From a bacterium (lineage in GTDB: Bacteria; Patescibacteriota; Minisyncoccia; Phycocordibacterales; JAKAEA01): DNA of 64,000 nucleotides. The DNA lies in contig JAKAEA010000002.1 in assembly GCA_021818465.1 (NCBI GenBank), positions 31,882 to 95,881 on the forward strand. The letters run 5' to 3'. Each line of letters opens with the position of its first letter. Position 1 is the first letter of the stretch. The notes below the pieces were generated by a model. It was given only the letters and a program-made list of their open reading frames with translations, made no database searches and was not told where the DNA came from. The translations under genes and the position numbers were made by a program. Of this stretch, positions 50,154 through 60,815 are shown in pieces.

Positions 50154-51302
50154 TTATGTTATTTGAGCCAACACGCGTTCGTGAGCGACGAGCACATCTT
50201 TCCACGTCCAGTGTGGCATACATTTTCGTAAACTCGCTGCAAATGCTTGGTACTCGATCGGATCAAGCAAGCGATTAAGTTTCTCGGCTATATCATCCAC
50301 AGATGCTGGATTGATTTTTAAAAAGTCACTGGAGGCAAAAGGCAAGTAATTTTCTTGTGTTATTAAACAAGGAATATCGGCGGCCACACATTCGTACATT
50401 TGGTGTGGTGAAATATCTGTCCAACTTGGTATGACCACAAGGTAGCAGGCACGAATTTTTTGATACAGTTGCGTCTGCGATTGCGCCGGTAAAAAACGGA
50501 CGCGTGATTGTAGACCAAGTGTGTCTACTAATTGTCGTAGTCGCCCTTCCTCCGGCCCTTCGCCGATAATCGTAAGTATAAATGATGTGTCGCGCAAGCG
50601 CGCGAAGGCTCGCACAAGCGAGTCTATGTTTTTCATAATAATTAATCGACCAGCAAAAACGATTTCATGCTGGCGATTTTCTAACGCAATCGGTGCAGTG
50701 GCGGCTGCAACATCATGGTTCGGTGCAACGTTATAAATAGTTTGTGTACGCAGTGCGGGTAATTTGTAATATGTCTCAAACAAGAGTCGCTGCTCGTTTG
50801 AATTAAAAATGACCATTCGTGCCCCGCGCAGCACCCAGCCAATCAGAATAAATAAATGTTGATACTCACGATATATTCCCCGTTCATAAAACGACTTGAG
50901 TGTCATCGGTGGTCGACCTTGTGAAAGATATTTTTCCCAAATATAGCCACCACCAACGCGTACGATGTACGGTATACCGCGTAGTCGGCACACCGCCGCC
51001 GCTGGCACACCCGCTGAAAACCAATCCAATAAATACACGCTATCTGGTCGGCTCGCGCGACCTGTCAAACGCCACAGTTGCCAAAAGTAACGGGCATAAT
51101 TAGAAAGTTTATTACGCCGACGTTTAACTCGAACTATAGGAAATGAAAAATTAGTACCATCAGCATCAGTCAACACTGGTGCATAGGTTACCAGCGTCAC
51201 ATGATGTCCGGCCGCCATGAGACGTTCACCAATCTCCGCAGCAAATGTCGCCGGTCCGCCAAGCTCTGGTTTAAAAATACCCGTGGCTATAATAATTTTC
51301 AC
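50154..51302 (-). CDS. Glycosyltransferase family 4
   Basis: PELGGPAT, FAGRL..KN and IGEGPE motifs. Confidence 0.88.
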   Translation of the reverse strand: MKIIIATGIFKPELGGPATFAAEIGERLMAAGHHVTLVTYAPVLTDADGTNFSFPIVRVKRRRNKLSNYARYFWQLWRLTGRASRPDSVYLLDWFSAGVPAAAVCRLRGIPYIVRVGGGYIWEKYLSQGRPPMTLKSFYERGIYREYQHLFILIGWVLRGARMVIFNSNEQRLLFETYYKLPALRTQTIYNVAPNHDVAAATAPIALENRQHEIVFAGRLIIMKNIDSLVRAFARLRDTSFILTIIGEGPEEGRLRQLVDTLGLQSRVRFLPAQSQTQLYQKIRACYLVVIPSWTDISPHQMYECVAADIPCLITQENYLPFASSDFLKINPASVDDIAEKLNRLLDPIEYQAFAASLRKCMPHWTWKDVLVAHERVLAQIT

Positions 51303-51345
51303 GCTTTAACTATAGCGTTTTTACCAATAAGAGCAAATAAAATTT

Positions 51346-52479
51346 TCAACAAAAAAATGTCGTATCCATCCTCTCGGCAAGCAGGTCCCAATCATACGCC
51401 ACAACCAGCTTCTTGCCGTTTGCAATCAGTGTCGCCTGTAGCGTAGCGTCATGCATTATTTTTTGTACTGCCGTAGCAATACTGTGAGGATTATGCGGCT
51501 GACAAAAAACACCAGTTTCTCCATCATGCAAAAAATCAGGAATGCCCCCAACCGGCGTACCCACAATCGGCACACCCGCAGCCATTGCTTCAATAAAAAC
51601 ATTACCCATCCCCTCTGAACGTGAGGGGCGAATAAAAATATCGCTGGCCGAAAGCCACACGGGCAGCTCACCATGAGGCACCTGCCCAGCAAAAAAAACT
51701 CTAGTAGATAGACCGAGAGCGACCGTCTGTTCGCGTAATTTTTTTTCTAACACACCCGTACCAAGTATATAGAGGCCAACATGTTCAGGTAGTATAGCGA
51801 GAGCGCGTAGAATGTCTTCTGTGCCATTCTTTTCTACTAATCGGGAAACCGTGATGAGACGCACGGTCACGTGCGGCAACTGTTGAAGAATTTTTTGTTG
51901 TTCGATGTGCGCGATAGTGGCACCGAATTTTTTTACATCAACACCATTAGGAATAATTTCTATTGGTGCTCGTGCCCCCATATCGTGCGCAAAATGTCGT
52001 AGATATGAAGAAATTGCCTGAATTCGATGGGCCTGGCGAAAAATTTGCGTGAAGAGTGGCCACACAATCATCGCTCGATGTTTGGGTCGCTCGAGCGGAT
52101 CTCCTTCCTGAAGCGACAAAAAATACGGCACCTGAGGATACAACATTTTAAAAAAAATAGCAGCAAAACCACTGAAACTAGCCATAATACTCCACGTTGC
52201 CGTAAAAGACTTTTTTGTATGCAGTCGGCGCGCCAGATACAGTGCGGCAAATGGATATAGTATTTTATAGAAATACCCCCGCCCACCAAGTCGGTGTACA
52301 CGCACCGCCCCCACCACTTCGTCTCTCGACTCACGACCAGTAAGATTAATGGTGATCATCTCAAATTCATACCCACGTCGCGCCAGACGATCGGTAATTT
52401 CTTTAACAGCAATTTCCGCCCCGCCCACCCACGGCAAGTACGCAGTAGAAAAAATAAGAATTCGTTTATTCGCCACCAT
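51346..52479 (-). CDS. Glycosyltransferase family 4
   Basis: VGGAEIA and SRSEGMGNVFIEAMAAG motifs. Confidence 0.9.
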   Translation of the reverse strand: MVANKRILIFSTAYLPWVGGAEIAVKEITDRLARRGYEFEMITINLTGRESRDEVVGAVRVHRLGGRGYFYKILYPFAALYLARRLHTKKSFTATWSIMASFSGFAAIFFKMLYPQVPYFLSLQEGDPLERPKHRAMIVWPLFTQIFRQAHRIQAISSYLRHFAHDMGARAPIEIIPNGVDVKKFGATIAHIEQQKILQQLPHVTVRLITVSRLVEKNGTEDILRALAILPEHVGLYILGTGVLEKKLREQTVALGLSTRVFFAGQVPHGELPVWLSASDIFIRPSRSEGMGNVFIEAMAAGVPIVGTPVGGIPDFLHDGETGVFCQPHNPHSIATAVQKIMHDATLQATLIANGKKLVVAYDWDLLAERMDTTFFC

Positions 52480-54247
52480 TGAGAATATTGCGCAACACTG
52501 ATTCCGGCACTTCTTGTGTCTCGTGTACTGGGCGTGTATTTTTTTCGGCAACTGTAGCAGGTGTGTCAGATTTTTTTTCTTCTTTTTTAGGCGCCGCGAC
52601 AGATGTGGGGACGGCTCGTGACAGTGCTGATGCCGTTGACTGTTTTTCTTTTACTGCTGCTTCAATTGCGTTTCGTAACGCATTTTTATTTTCTGTCGAT
52701 AGCGTTTTTGTAGTAGCATTCGACGTGAAAGGATGCGGCGTCGGGGAACTAGGGCGAGGCTGTGACGGTGGTACCACAGGTGGTTGATGCGGTTTGACCT
52801 GCTGCTGTGGCCGCGCACCATCTGCCGCCGGTCGCTCAAATTTTCTATCACGTGAGCCACGGTTTTCCTGAGAAGAACCAATACCATTTTGCTGCTGACG
52901 GGAACTTGGTGGCGACACTATTGGCGCATGCCAATCGCGAATTATTTTCTCAACATCTGCGCGCGGCCGAGCAAAAAATTCTCGCGAAAAGGTAATCACA
53001 TCTTCCTTGAAAGAGACCGTGGGCGCATCAATGGGTGGCAAGGTGCGTGCCGAAAATGGCTGCGATGTGACACCATCAATCATCAACTTTAAATAAATCT
53101 GTACGAATCCCAAATTCACCAAATCCTCCTTAGTAAAAGTGGGGAAAAATTCTTTCTCCAGTACCTCGGCATCGTAGGCACCAACACGAAACACAATCAT
53201 GGTGCCCACGTTGCCAAACACAGCCGCTCGCACCTCTTCACTCATTTGCTCAATATACTGATGGGCAATCGTGAGATTGAGTTTGTATTTGCGGGCTTCT
53301 GAAAGAATATCAGCGAATGACTCATTGGCGAACGATTGAAATTCATCCACATACAAATAGAAATTCGGCAATGCTTTTTGCGAAGCGCCAGACACGTCAG
53401 CACGCGACATTGCCGCCAAATAAATTTTGGTAATAATCATTGAGCCAAGCAAGTTGGCATTCATTTCCCCCACTCGCCCCTTAGATAGGTTAATAATAAT
53501 AATTTTTCGCTCATCCATCATTGCGCGTAAATCAAATGTGGACTTTGATTGACCGATAATGTTGCGTACCAGCGGATTAGACACAAATTGACCGACTTTA
53601 TTCTGAATTGCCGCAGTTGCATCGGTAGCAAGTCGGTCGTTATATTTAGCAAATTCATCTGTCCAAAATGCTTTTACCGAAGGATCGGTAACCTTTTCCA
53701 CCACTTTATTTCTATAAGCCTTGTCAGCAAACATTCTGTTAACGCCCAAAATAGTCGCGCCAGGATATTCCAAAAGAGCCAGGAGTGCATTGTTGAGAAT
53801 GTATTCCATGCGCGCACTCCATGCATCCACCCAAATTTTCTTAAACGCACTCATAAGACCACTCACCACCAAGTGGCGCTTATCAAAACCAACATCTTCC
53901 ATAACGTTAAAAGCGATCGGATATTCCAGATCAAATGGCGCGAAATAGAGCACATCCTTCATCCGCTCCGGCGGAATGTAATCAAGCAGAAGTTCAGCTG
54001 TTTTACCGTGCGGATCAATAAAAGCCAATCCTTCACCAGCAGCAATATCTTGAATGGCCATATTTTCTAATACCGTCGACTTACCCATACCGGTTTTGCC
54101 GATGATGTAGGTATGACGTGAACGATCATCGCTCTTAATGCCAAAAGGGATACGCTGACCACGGCTATCTGTTTCAGCAAAATAGGTTATCCGATTACCA
54201 TTAATAACTGGCGGCGTCTTTTTATTTTCATGGTTACGAGGAGGCAT
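52466..54247 (-). CDS. VirD4/TrwB-like (T4SS coupling-protein-like) ATPase
   Basis: Walker A GKTGMGKS, IDPHG, Walker B LYVDEFQ and SEARKY motifs; low-complexity C-terminal tail. Confidence 0.88.
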   Translation of the reverse strand: MPPRNHENKKTPPVINGNRITYFAETDSRGQRIPFGIKSDDRSRHTYIIGKTGMGKSTVLENMAIQDIAAGEGLAFIDPHGKTAELLLDYIPPERMKDVLYFAPFDLEYPIAFNVMEDVGFDKRHLVVSGLMSAFKKIWVDAWSARMEYILNNALLALLEYPGATILGVNRMFADKAYRNKVVEKVTDPSVKAFWTDEFAKYNDRLATDATAAIQNKVGQFVSNPLVRNIIGQSKSTFDLRAMMDERKIIIINLSKGRVGEMNANLLGSMIITKIYLAAMSRADVSGASQKALPNFYLYVDEFQSFANESFADILSEARKYKLNLTIAHQYIEQMSEEVRAAVFGNVGTMIVFRVGAYDAEVLEKEFFPTFTKEDLVNLGFVQIYLKLMIDGVTSQPFSARTLPPIDAPTVSFKEDVITFSREFFARPRADVEKIIRDWHAPIVSPPSSRQQQNGIGSSQENRGSRDRKFERPAADGARPQQQVKPHQPPVVPPSQPRPSSPTPHPFTSNATTKTLSTENKNALRNAIEAAVKEKQSTASALSRAVPTSVAAPKKEEKKSDTPATVAEKNTRPVHETQEVPESVLRNILNGGE

Positions 54248-54365
54248 ACGATACAAAAAATTATACTATAAAATTCGTTGTTTTAGAAGGTGCTGTGACA
54301 CATTGCATACGGCGGTCAAAAGAAGTACTCTATAGACATACTTACCCATACTATTGTACACGCAT

Positions 54366-55502
54366 ATGGCTCTTGAAACATATCAACAAGAACAAGAACG
54401 ACACAGTACCCCAGCTCAACCCGCACAGCCGGTAGAAAACCTATATAGTCTGAAAACTGTACTACGCAATCCTGAACTGAATACTCTTTTTAGTAAATAT
54501 ATATCATTACAAAACGATGATGCGCACAAAAAAATATTCGCGCATTTACATTCTGAAAACCCCAATCTTTCAAACGATGAAATGGATGTTTTGAAACAAT
54601 TAGAGGATGGATTTTCAAAACACATGCGCGCCGTTGATACTTTCAAACAACAACTAACCCCAAAAATAATTACTGAAATGGGTCGAGATCCTCGTTTCAA
54701 AGAACTGATTCAACGACTCGGGGGCGAATCGGAAACAAAGAATTTTTTTACCAAAAACGTAGCCGAATGGAGTGTAAAAGAACCTTCTCTTCTTAATGCT
54801 ATTACTCAGAGCATAACCGAGCTTCAAGCTTACGAAAACGGTGAATTAAAAACGCTTAACGATGAAATTGTGAAGCGCTGTAAAGAAGAAAAAATCAACG
54901 TTAATGCATATATGAGAGTTATGGCAATTAAAGATGACGCTGAACGACAAGAAGCTTTAAAAAATTTTATGAGAAATGTGCAAGGAGAACGGGGCTTGGT
55001 TAAAAAAGGCCTTGATTGGCTACGGGGAGAATCTTCAAAAGATATATTGAAACGTTTATTAGAACCTGGTGCCAGAAAAGAAGATATCGATGATCATTTA
55101 AGAGAACTTCAACAACGCAAACAATCTTTAGGCCAGATACTTGCAGCAAGTATTGAAAACAACCAAACTGTCCGTACATCATTTGTGCGAGATATATTGG
55201 GAACATCTCTTGTACAAGAACCAGGAATGAAAGAAGCTGCACAAAAAATTCGTGAAGCTGCACAGATTAACAATAACGATTTGCAGCGCTTTTGGAGAGA
55301 GAAAAAAATAGAAATAATAAAACAACAAGGGAAAGGGGCTTGGAGTCAAATTCCCAAGAACGAACAAGAGCAAATACGAAAAGAATTTATTCAGGATATT
55401 TTTGAAAAACAAAAAGCAAAAATCCAAAAACCAGGTTGGTTTGATATTTTGGAATATTTATTTGATATGTTTTTTACTATTGATAAAAATTCACTACAAT
55501 AA
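54366..55502 (+). CDS. Hypothetical helical/coiled-coil protein (AT-rich)
   Basis: Long Glu/Lys-rich ORF with no recognisable motif. Confidence 0.75.
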   Translation: MALETYQQEQERHSTPAQPAQPVENLYSLKTVLRNPELNTLFSKYISLQNDDAHKKIFAHLHSENPNLSNDEMDVLKQLEDGFSKHMRAVDTFKQQLTPKIITEMGRDPRFKELIQRLGGESETKNFFTKNVAEWSVKEPSLLNAITQSITELQAYENGELKTLNDEIVKRCKEEKINVNAYMRVMAIKDDAERQEALKNFMRNVQGERGLVKKGLDWLRGESSKDILKRLLEPGARKEDIDDHLRELQQRKQSLGQILAASIENNQTVRTSFVRDILGTSLVQEPGMKEAAQKIREAAQINNNDLQRFWREKKIEIIKQQGKGAWSQIPKNEQEQIRKEFIQDIFEKQKAKIQKPGWFDILEYLFDMFFTIDKNSLQ

Positions 55503-55504
55503 CC

Positions 55505-55792
55505 ATGAACCAATCTTTACAAGAACAGTTTTTAAAAATTATAGAAACCGGTGATGAAGAAGCGGCTGAGAAATTTCTGATTGCGCACATACAGGAATTT
55601 TCAGAACCATTGCAAAAGAAAATCGCTTTTGCTTTTCTAGAAAAAACTGTACGCAAACAAACTACTGAAACCGAAGCTATTATAGATTTTCAAAAACAAG
55701 CACTGGCAGCATTTGATGACATAGAAAAAGAAGAGCGCATACTTACTGACAAAAAGAAAGAACTAGAGACCAGGGAGCAACTGGGGTTGTAA
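55505..55792 (+). CDS. Hypothetical acidic helical protein
   Basis: 95-aa ORF starting 2 bp after the previous stop. Confidence 0.7.
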   Translation: MNQSLQEQFLKIIETGDEEAAEKFLIAHIQEFSEPLQKKIAFAFLEKTVRKQTTETEAIIDFQKQALAAFDDIEKEERILTDKKKELETREQLGL

Positions 55793-55812
55793 TTTTTCTA
55801 ATAACGCATATT

Positions 55813-57165
55813 CTAGTTCCCCGTCAAAAGCTGTTTCGTAGCAGTGTAGGCATTGCTCGGATCCCAAATGATCCAGCTACTGAGGCCCACGTCTTGAATC
55901 GCCCGCATTTCGTCGGCAATCATGGCAGGAGTATATGAAATTCCATGAAGAGTGAAGTCTTGAATCCACGGGCGCAATTCTGAAGGACTCGTCCGACGAC
56001 GATCAGCTAGCGGAATAGCTAGAATACTAGCAATAACGCCCGCAGTGCGAGGCACACCATAGGACGTAGTGGTAGCAACACTCCCTTGAGCCAAACGCGT
56101 GGCACGATACACCGCTGAACTCATTGCTTCTTGCACAACTTGATAGGGATATTTGTCCGGCGGCGTAAAACCACCCCACCCATTTACGAAATGTGATGGA
56201 TATACTTCTGGATCAACATAATCAAAATATGGCAGAGCATCTTCCAACACTTCGCCAATACCCATATCGCCAGACGTTGTCGTTGTCTGACCAAAAAGAT
56301 CTTGCGATATTTTTAAACCCGGACCAGAGTGACTTGTAGGGCCGCGGTAATCGTGTAAATTTTTATACAAATATTGATACACCCGAGTTAACACCACTGG
56401 CGCCGGTGTTGATCCGCTTGCTGGAAATACCGCATCGGCCACGTCACCATCTGAAGGAAATCTCATATAATCAAAATTGACTTCGTCGAAACCTCGAGCA
56501 TAAGCTTCTTGGGCAATGTGTACGAAATAATTCCAGTCGCCTGTAGCGGCTGGATCAATCCACATATTTCCATGTGCATCTTTCCAAGGAGTACCGATGA
56601 GATTAGCTGGTGTACGAATGCGTTTTCCCGCAACGTTCATCATATATTTGCCATACTGAACTGCCCACGCTGGATGTTTCTGTGCCATAAGCGGATCTTC
56701 AAACACATTTACACGACCAATAACATACACTCCGGCGGCATGTAATTGAGCAATCAGTGCATCGATATTTGAAATGCGATTTTGATATGTATGGAGCGCC
56801 CGCAGCGTTGGATCATTGGGGACAAATGAAAGGTATCCGGTTTCGTCTTTGATATCAATAACTACTGCATTAAGTTTAGTTGATTCAATTAGTGAAAAGA
56901 GTGGTGCACGCAAACGTGGTGTACCTGCCACCCAACTAGTAAGATATAGTGCCCTAATAGAAGCCGGCGCCGAAATATGATTGGTTGTAGACGACACTTC
57001 TTCGGTTGTTGGCAACGTCGAAACCGACACTGCACTCGATACAGGAGAGACCTTACTACTGTACACCACCTGATTAATTCCTGGTAAAAAACTGCCGGCA
57101 ATACCACACGCTACAATAACCATAACGAGCGCGCCAACACTACGCAGCCGGCCTGTACGTTTCAT
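55813..57165 (-). CDS. Putative glycoside hydrolase (DUF4015-like)
   Basis: NAVVIDIKDETG, GFDEVNFDYMRFP, YPSH and LRPWIQDF motifs. Confidence 0.82.
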   Translation of the reverse strand: MKRTGRLRSVGALVMVIVACGIAGSFLPGINQVVYSSKVSPVSSAVSVSTLPTTEEVSSTTNHISAPASIRALYLTSWVAGTPRLRAPLFSLIESTKLNAVVIDIKDETGYLSFVPNDPTLRALHTYQNRISNIDALIAQLHAAGVYVIGRVNVFEDPLMAQKHPAWAVQYGKYMMNVAGKRIRTPANLIGTPWKDAHGNMWIDPAATGDWNYFVHIAQEAYARGFDEVNFDYMRFPSDGDVADAVFPASGSTPAPVVLTRVYQYLYKNLHDYRGPTSHSGPGLKISQDLFGQTTTTSGDMGIGEVLEDALPYFDYVDPEVYPSHFVNGWGGFTPPDKYPYQVVQEAMSSAVYRATRLAQGSVATTTSYGVPRTAGVIASILAIPLADRRRTSPSELRPWIQDFTLHGISYTPAMIADEMRAIQDVGLSSWIIWDPSNAYTATKQLLTGN

Positions 57166-57168
57166 GGT

Positions 57169-57393
57169 TTAAGATATAGAAGCATCTTCTGCGGTCTTTT
57201 TTTGAGACTCACGTTGTGCCCGCGGTCGCTGTGGTGCATGAGCGCGAATATACGAAATAAATACCCCGACAGCTAATGCAAAACCTGAAAGTATATAGAA
57301 AATATTTTTCCATACTTGCGGAAAACCGAGAACAGGAAAAGGCATGGCTATAAGCACAAGACCCAAAATAAAAAGTGCAGTACGCGGTGACAT
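57169..57393 (-). CDS. Small two-TM membrane protein
   Basis: 74 aa; LGFP..WK motif between two TM helices. Confidence 0.65.
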   Translation of the reverse strand: MSPRTALFILGLVLIAMPFPVLGFPQVWKNIFYILSGFALAVGVFISYIRAHAPQRPRAQRESQKKTAEDASIS

Positions 57394-57413
57394 ATGTTGT
57401 ATCTTAAGTATAG

Positions 57414-58088
57414 TTATTTTTTACGCTCGAGCAAGTTGGTAATAAAAAGCGGAATGAGTACAGCCGAACCAACAAGAAACAGAGCCAGTACTATTTCCCT
57501 GATTGATTTTGCAAGCACCAGCAATTCAAAAATTTGATCATGAAAAAACCAACCAATGCCGATAATTATAGGTATATATATGGCGGCCGAAACAAAAGAA
57601 GCACCAAAAAAAATCCGCCAACGAATTTCAACCAGGCCAGAAATAAGCGGAGAAAGTGCACGTAAGCCAATAATAAAGCGCGAGAAAAAAACCGTTCGAA
57701 ATGGAGCTTGACGCATATGGCGCACATACCAGCCGGCGTGGGTTTTTTCCACCGAAGCATGATATTTTTGGGTAAAACGAGTGCCATGGCCAGCAAGGTA
57801 ATAAATCAAATTATCACCACAGACAGCACCGGCAATACCCGTAAGCGCCACGAGCGGTAAAAACAAAATATGTTCAGCTGCTAAAAAACCGCCAGCAAGT
57901 AATACGAGTTCTTCAGGAACAGGTATGAGATAGCCGCTAAACGCTACTGCCAAAAAAATACCAGCGTACGATAATTGCGCCAAAGACTGTACATTGAAAT
58001 TCGTCAGCGACGGTATATGGACGAGATGTCGCACATAGGAAAAATAATACAGAAACGGTAGTGTGCTAACAAAAAAGTGATGGAACAT
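57414..58088 (-). CDS. DedA family membrane protein
   Basis: PVPEELVLLAGG, GDNLIY and FFSRFIIGLR motifs. Confidence 0.9.
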   Translation of the reverse strand: MFHHFFVSTLPFLYYFSYVRHLVHIPSLTNFNVQSLAQLSYAGIFLAVAFSGYLIPVPEELVLLAGGFLAAEHILFLPLVALTGIAGAVCGDNLIYYLAGHGTRFTQKYHASVEKTHAGWYVRHMRQAPFRTVFFSRFIIGLRALSPLISGLVEIRWRIFFGASFVSAAIYIPIIIGIGWFFHDQIFELLVLAKSIREIVLALFLVGSAVLIPLFITNLLERKK

Positions 58089-58092
58089 TGTT

Positions 58093-59430
58093 TTAGTATA
58101 CTAAAGCGTCAGCGAGTTCTGTGCTATTCCCTGCCCCCATCACCACTACAACATCTTTTTCAGAAAGTTCGTGGCTCAGATGACGTTTGGCTTCCGAAAA
58201 ATCGAGACACGCGATTGCTGTAGTGTGTGGCGCCACAGCGATAAGTTTTTCTGCAAGCATATTTGAGGAAATACTTGCGTCTGGAGCTTCACGCGCCGCA
58301 TAAATAGGCGTGAGCACCACTTTGTCGGCCGCGGCTAATGCGTTAATGAAATCCATAAAAAATTGTTTTGTTCGACTATAGAGATGCGGTTGGAATATTA
58401 CCACCAGCCGACGATCAGGGTATAATTCACGCGCGCCAGCTATAGTAGCACTAACTTTTTGTGGATTATGTGCATAATCATCGTAGACAAGTGCGCCACC
58501 TGAAGTGGTTCCCTTATATTGAAAACGGCGCCATGTACCAGGAAAATTTTTTACAGAGTTCTCGATGGTTGCGAATGAAACGCCCAACATCTGTGCCGCC
58601 GTAGCGGCAGCCTGAGCATTGGCATAATTGTGTTTACCGGGAACCATAAGCTTAGGGAGTATACATTGAGTATAATCGACAACGCGGCCACGGGCCGAAG
58701 ACAGTACTGGTCTAATATGTGCATCGTTGGGGTTACATACAATATACCCTTCAGGTGGTATTCGACGCACAAGTTCCGCAAACGTTGCCTGAATATCATC
58801 GATGTCCTTATAAAAATCCAAGTGATCGGCATCAATGTTGGTGATAACCACGAGCCGCGGAGCTAAATGGAGAAACGATTTTCGATACTCATCTGCTTCA
58901 ACGACAAAATAATCACTTGCACCAAGAATAAAATTTACGCCGTGCTGCTCAAATGTTGGTGTTGATATATTTTTCTGTCGCGGATCAAACATAAGTCCCC
59001 CAACTAAAATAGTCGGGTCCACACCAGCCTCAAGAAGAATCGAACCGAGCATCGCTGTTGTGGTGGTTTTGCCATGCGTACCAGCCACAGCAACTGTGTA
59101 TTTTTCTGCAGATATAAGTTCTAACATTTCAGGATATGTTGCAATTGGCATACCTCGCTGACGCGCTTGTACTAATTCTGGATTATCATGGGGAATAGCA
59201 ACGGTGTGTACCACAAGATCACACCCATCAGGAATAATATCTGAAGTATGACCAATGGAAATGTTCGCGCCAGCACGCGTTAAACTTTTTGTAACCGCAG
59301 ACGTCGCACGATCTGAACCACTTATTTTGACACCACGACCCAACAACATACGTGCAATAGCAGACGTACCAATGCCACCAATACCAACGAAATGCACCCG
59401 AGAAAGATGGTTGAAATTAATATGTTTCAT
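58093..59430 (-). CDS. murC: UDP-N-acetylmuramate--L-alanine ligase
   Basis: GIGGIG, AGTHGKTTT, EADE, DDYAHNP and FQPHLYSRT motifs. Confidence 0.96.
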   Translation of the reverse strand: MKHINFNHLSRVHFVGIGGIGTSAIARMLLGRGVKISGSDRATSAVTKSLTRAGANISIGHTSDIIPDGCDLVVHTVAIPHDNPELVQARQRGMPIATYPEMLELISAEKYTVAVAGTHGKTTTTAMLGSILLEAGVDPTILVGGLMFDPRQKNISTPTFEQHGVNFILGASDYFVVEADEYRKSFLHLAPRLVVITNIDADHLDFYKDIDDIQATFAELVRRIPPEGYIVCNPNDAHIRPVLSSARGRVVDYTQCILPKLMVPGKHNYANAQAAATAAQMLGVSFATIENSVKNFPGTWRRFQYKGTTSGGALVYDDYAHNPQKVSATIAGARELYPDRRLVVIFQPHLYSRTKQFFMDFINALAAADKVVLTPIYAAREAPDASISSNMLAEKLIAVAPHTTAIACLDFSEAKRHLSHELSEKDVVVVMGAGNSTELADALVY

Positions 59431-60784
59431 TATGCGCAAAACCTAAAACCAATTGATTAAATTGATCACCCCGATCAAATTCATGGGTAAACAAACCGAA
59501 AGACGCAAAAGCAGGACTTAATAAAATAGTATCGCCCGGCTCGGAAGAGTCAACTGCTGCTGCAACAGCCTCAGCCATAGTTGCCGCTTCTCGAATTGGC
59601 AGGCCAAGTGTATGTAATTGTGACGAAATCCGTGTCGTACCAGATCCAGGCAACAACACGATCGTTTTAGTAAACCTTGGTAAAAAAGTTAATAATGCAC
59701 TCATATCTAACTGTTTATCAGCACCGCCCATAATAAGTATGGTGGATTTTCCCAGTGCTTGCAGTGCCGCAATAGTTGCATCTGGTGTAGTTGCCGTGGT
59801 GTCGTTATAAAAAGAGACGCCTCGCACCGTGGCCACCAACTCTAGTCGACCAGGTACGCCAGTAAAAGATTCTATAACCGACCGACTAATAGTATCAGGA
59901 ACACCAGCGGCCCGGGCTGCGGCCATGGCCACCCCAGCATTATAACGATTATGTATACCTGGTACACGTATGCGCCAACTGTCTGGCAGTGTCGCCTGAT
60001 TGGCAATGATAATTTTTTTAGCACCAGACGATGATGTTGTTTTCATATACTCTTGAAAATAAGGATTCATTGTCACCTGTTCACCGACAACACACACATC
60101 ACGTACTTTTTGATACAAAAAAATAGCCGCTTTATCAGAAAAATAACTACAAAGATTATTTTTATAATAATTTAAGTGATCAGGTAAAAATGTAGTAAAA
60201 ACGCCTATGTGGGGACTTATCTGTCGCTCAGCAAAACCTTGTAACTGCCATGAGTCAAGTTCCAAAACCGCTACATCACCAACCGCCGCTTTCGTTAAGA
60301 AAGGCAATGTTGAGATACCGCGCACATTGCCACCAAGAAACACCTTGCCAGTAGTATGTGCAGTGAAAATAGCGTGCAACAAATGAGTAACCGTTGACTT
60401 TCCGCGTGTTCCTGTAACACCAACGATTGTCGCTGGCGTATACGCAGCAAAGAGAGCCGTACTCATTTCTATAGGAATATGATTACGACGCGCTTCGGCA
60501 ATATAAGGAGAATCCAGTGGCACACCAGCTGCTTTAAGAATAAAATCACGATTACGAAAATCTTCTAGGCGATGTTCACCTAAAATATATTCTATGTGCC
60601 CATTAATCGTAGCGAGTTCACGCAAACTCGATGAAAGTTCTTCCCGAGATTTAAGATCAGTGACAATAAGCCGAGCGCCCTGTTCAGCTAAAAAACGAAC
60701 ATCACCAATCCCCCGCCCTAAAAGCCCCAGACCCATCACGGTTACTTTTTTATCTCGTATATAGTTTTGCCAATCGTTTGTCAC
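59417..60784 (-). CDS. murD: UDP-N-acetylmuramoyl-L-alanine--D-glutamate ligase
   Basis: VTGTRGKST, GGN, ELDSWQL, YNDT and LSPAFASF..RGDQF motifs. Confidence 0.94.
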   Translation of the reverse strand: MTNDWQNYIRDKKVTVMGLGLLGRGIGDVRFLAEQGARLIVTDLKSREELSSSLRELATINGHIEYILGEHRLEDFRNRDFILKAAGVPLDSPYIAEARRNHIPIEMSTALFAAYTPATIVGVTGTRGKSTVTHLLHAIFTAHTTGKVFLGGNVRGISTLPFLTKAAVGDVAVLELDSWQLQGFAERQISPHIGVFTTFLPDHLNYYKNNLCSYFSDKAAIFLYQKVRDVCVVGEQVTMNPYFQEYMKTTSSSGAKKIIIANQATLPDSWRIRVPGIHNRYNAGVAMAAARAAGVPDTISRSVIESFTGVPGRLELVATVRGVSFYNDTTATTPDATIAALQALGKSTILIMGGADKQLDMSALLTFLPRFTKTIVLLPGSGTTRISSQLHTLGLPIREAATMAEAVAAAVDSSEPGDTILLSPAFASFGLFTHEFDRGDQFNQLVLGFAHNETY

Positions 60785-60815
60785 GTCAGTAGAATCAAAA
60801 AATCATCAATTAATT

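Noticed and set aside
52466-54247. Conjugative element implied by the VirD4-like ATPase
   Set aside because: No relaxase, VirB4 or mating-pair genes are in the window, and such stand-alone ATPases are common in CPR chromosomes.
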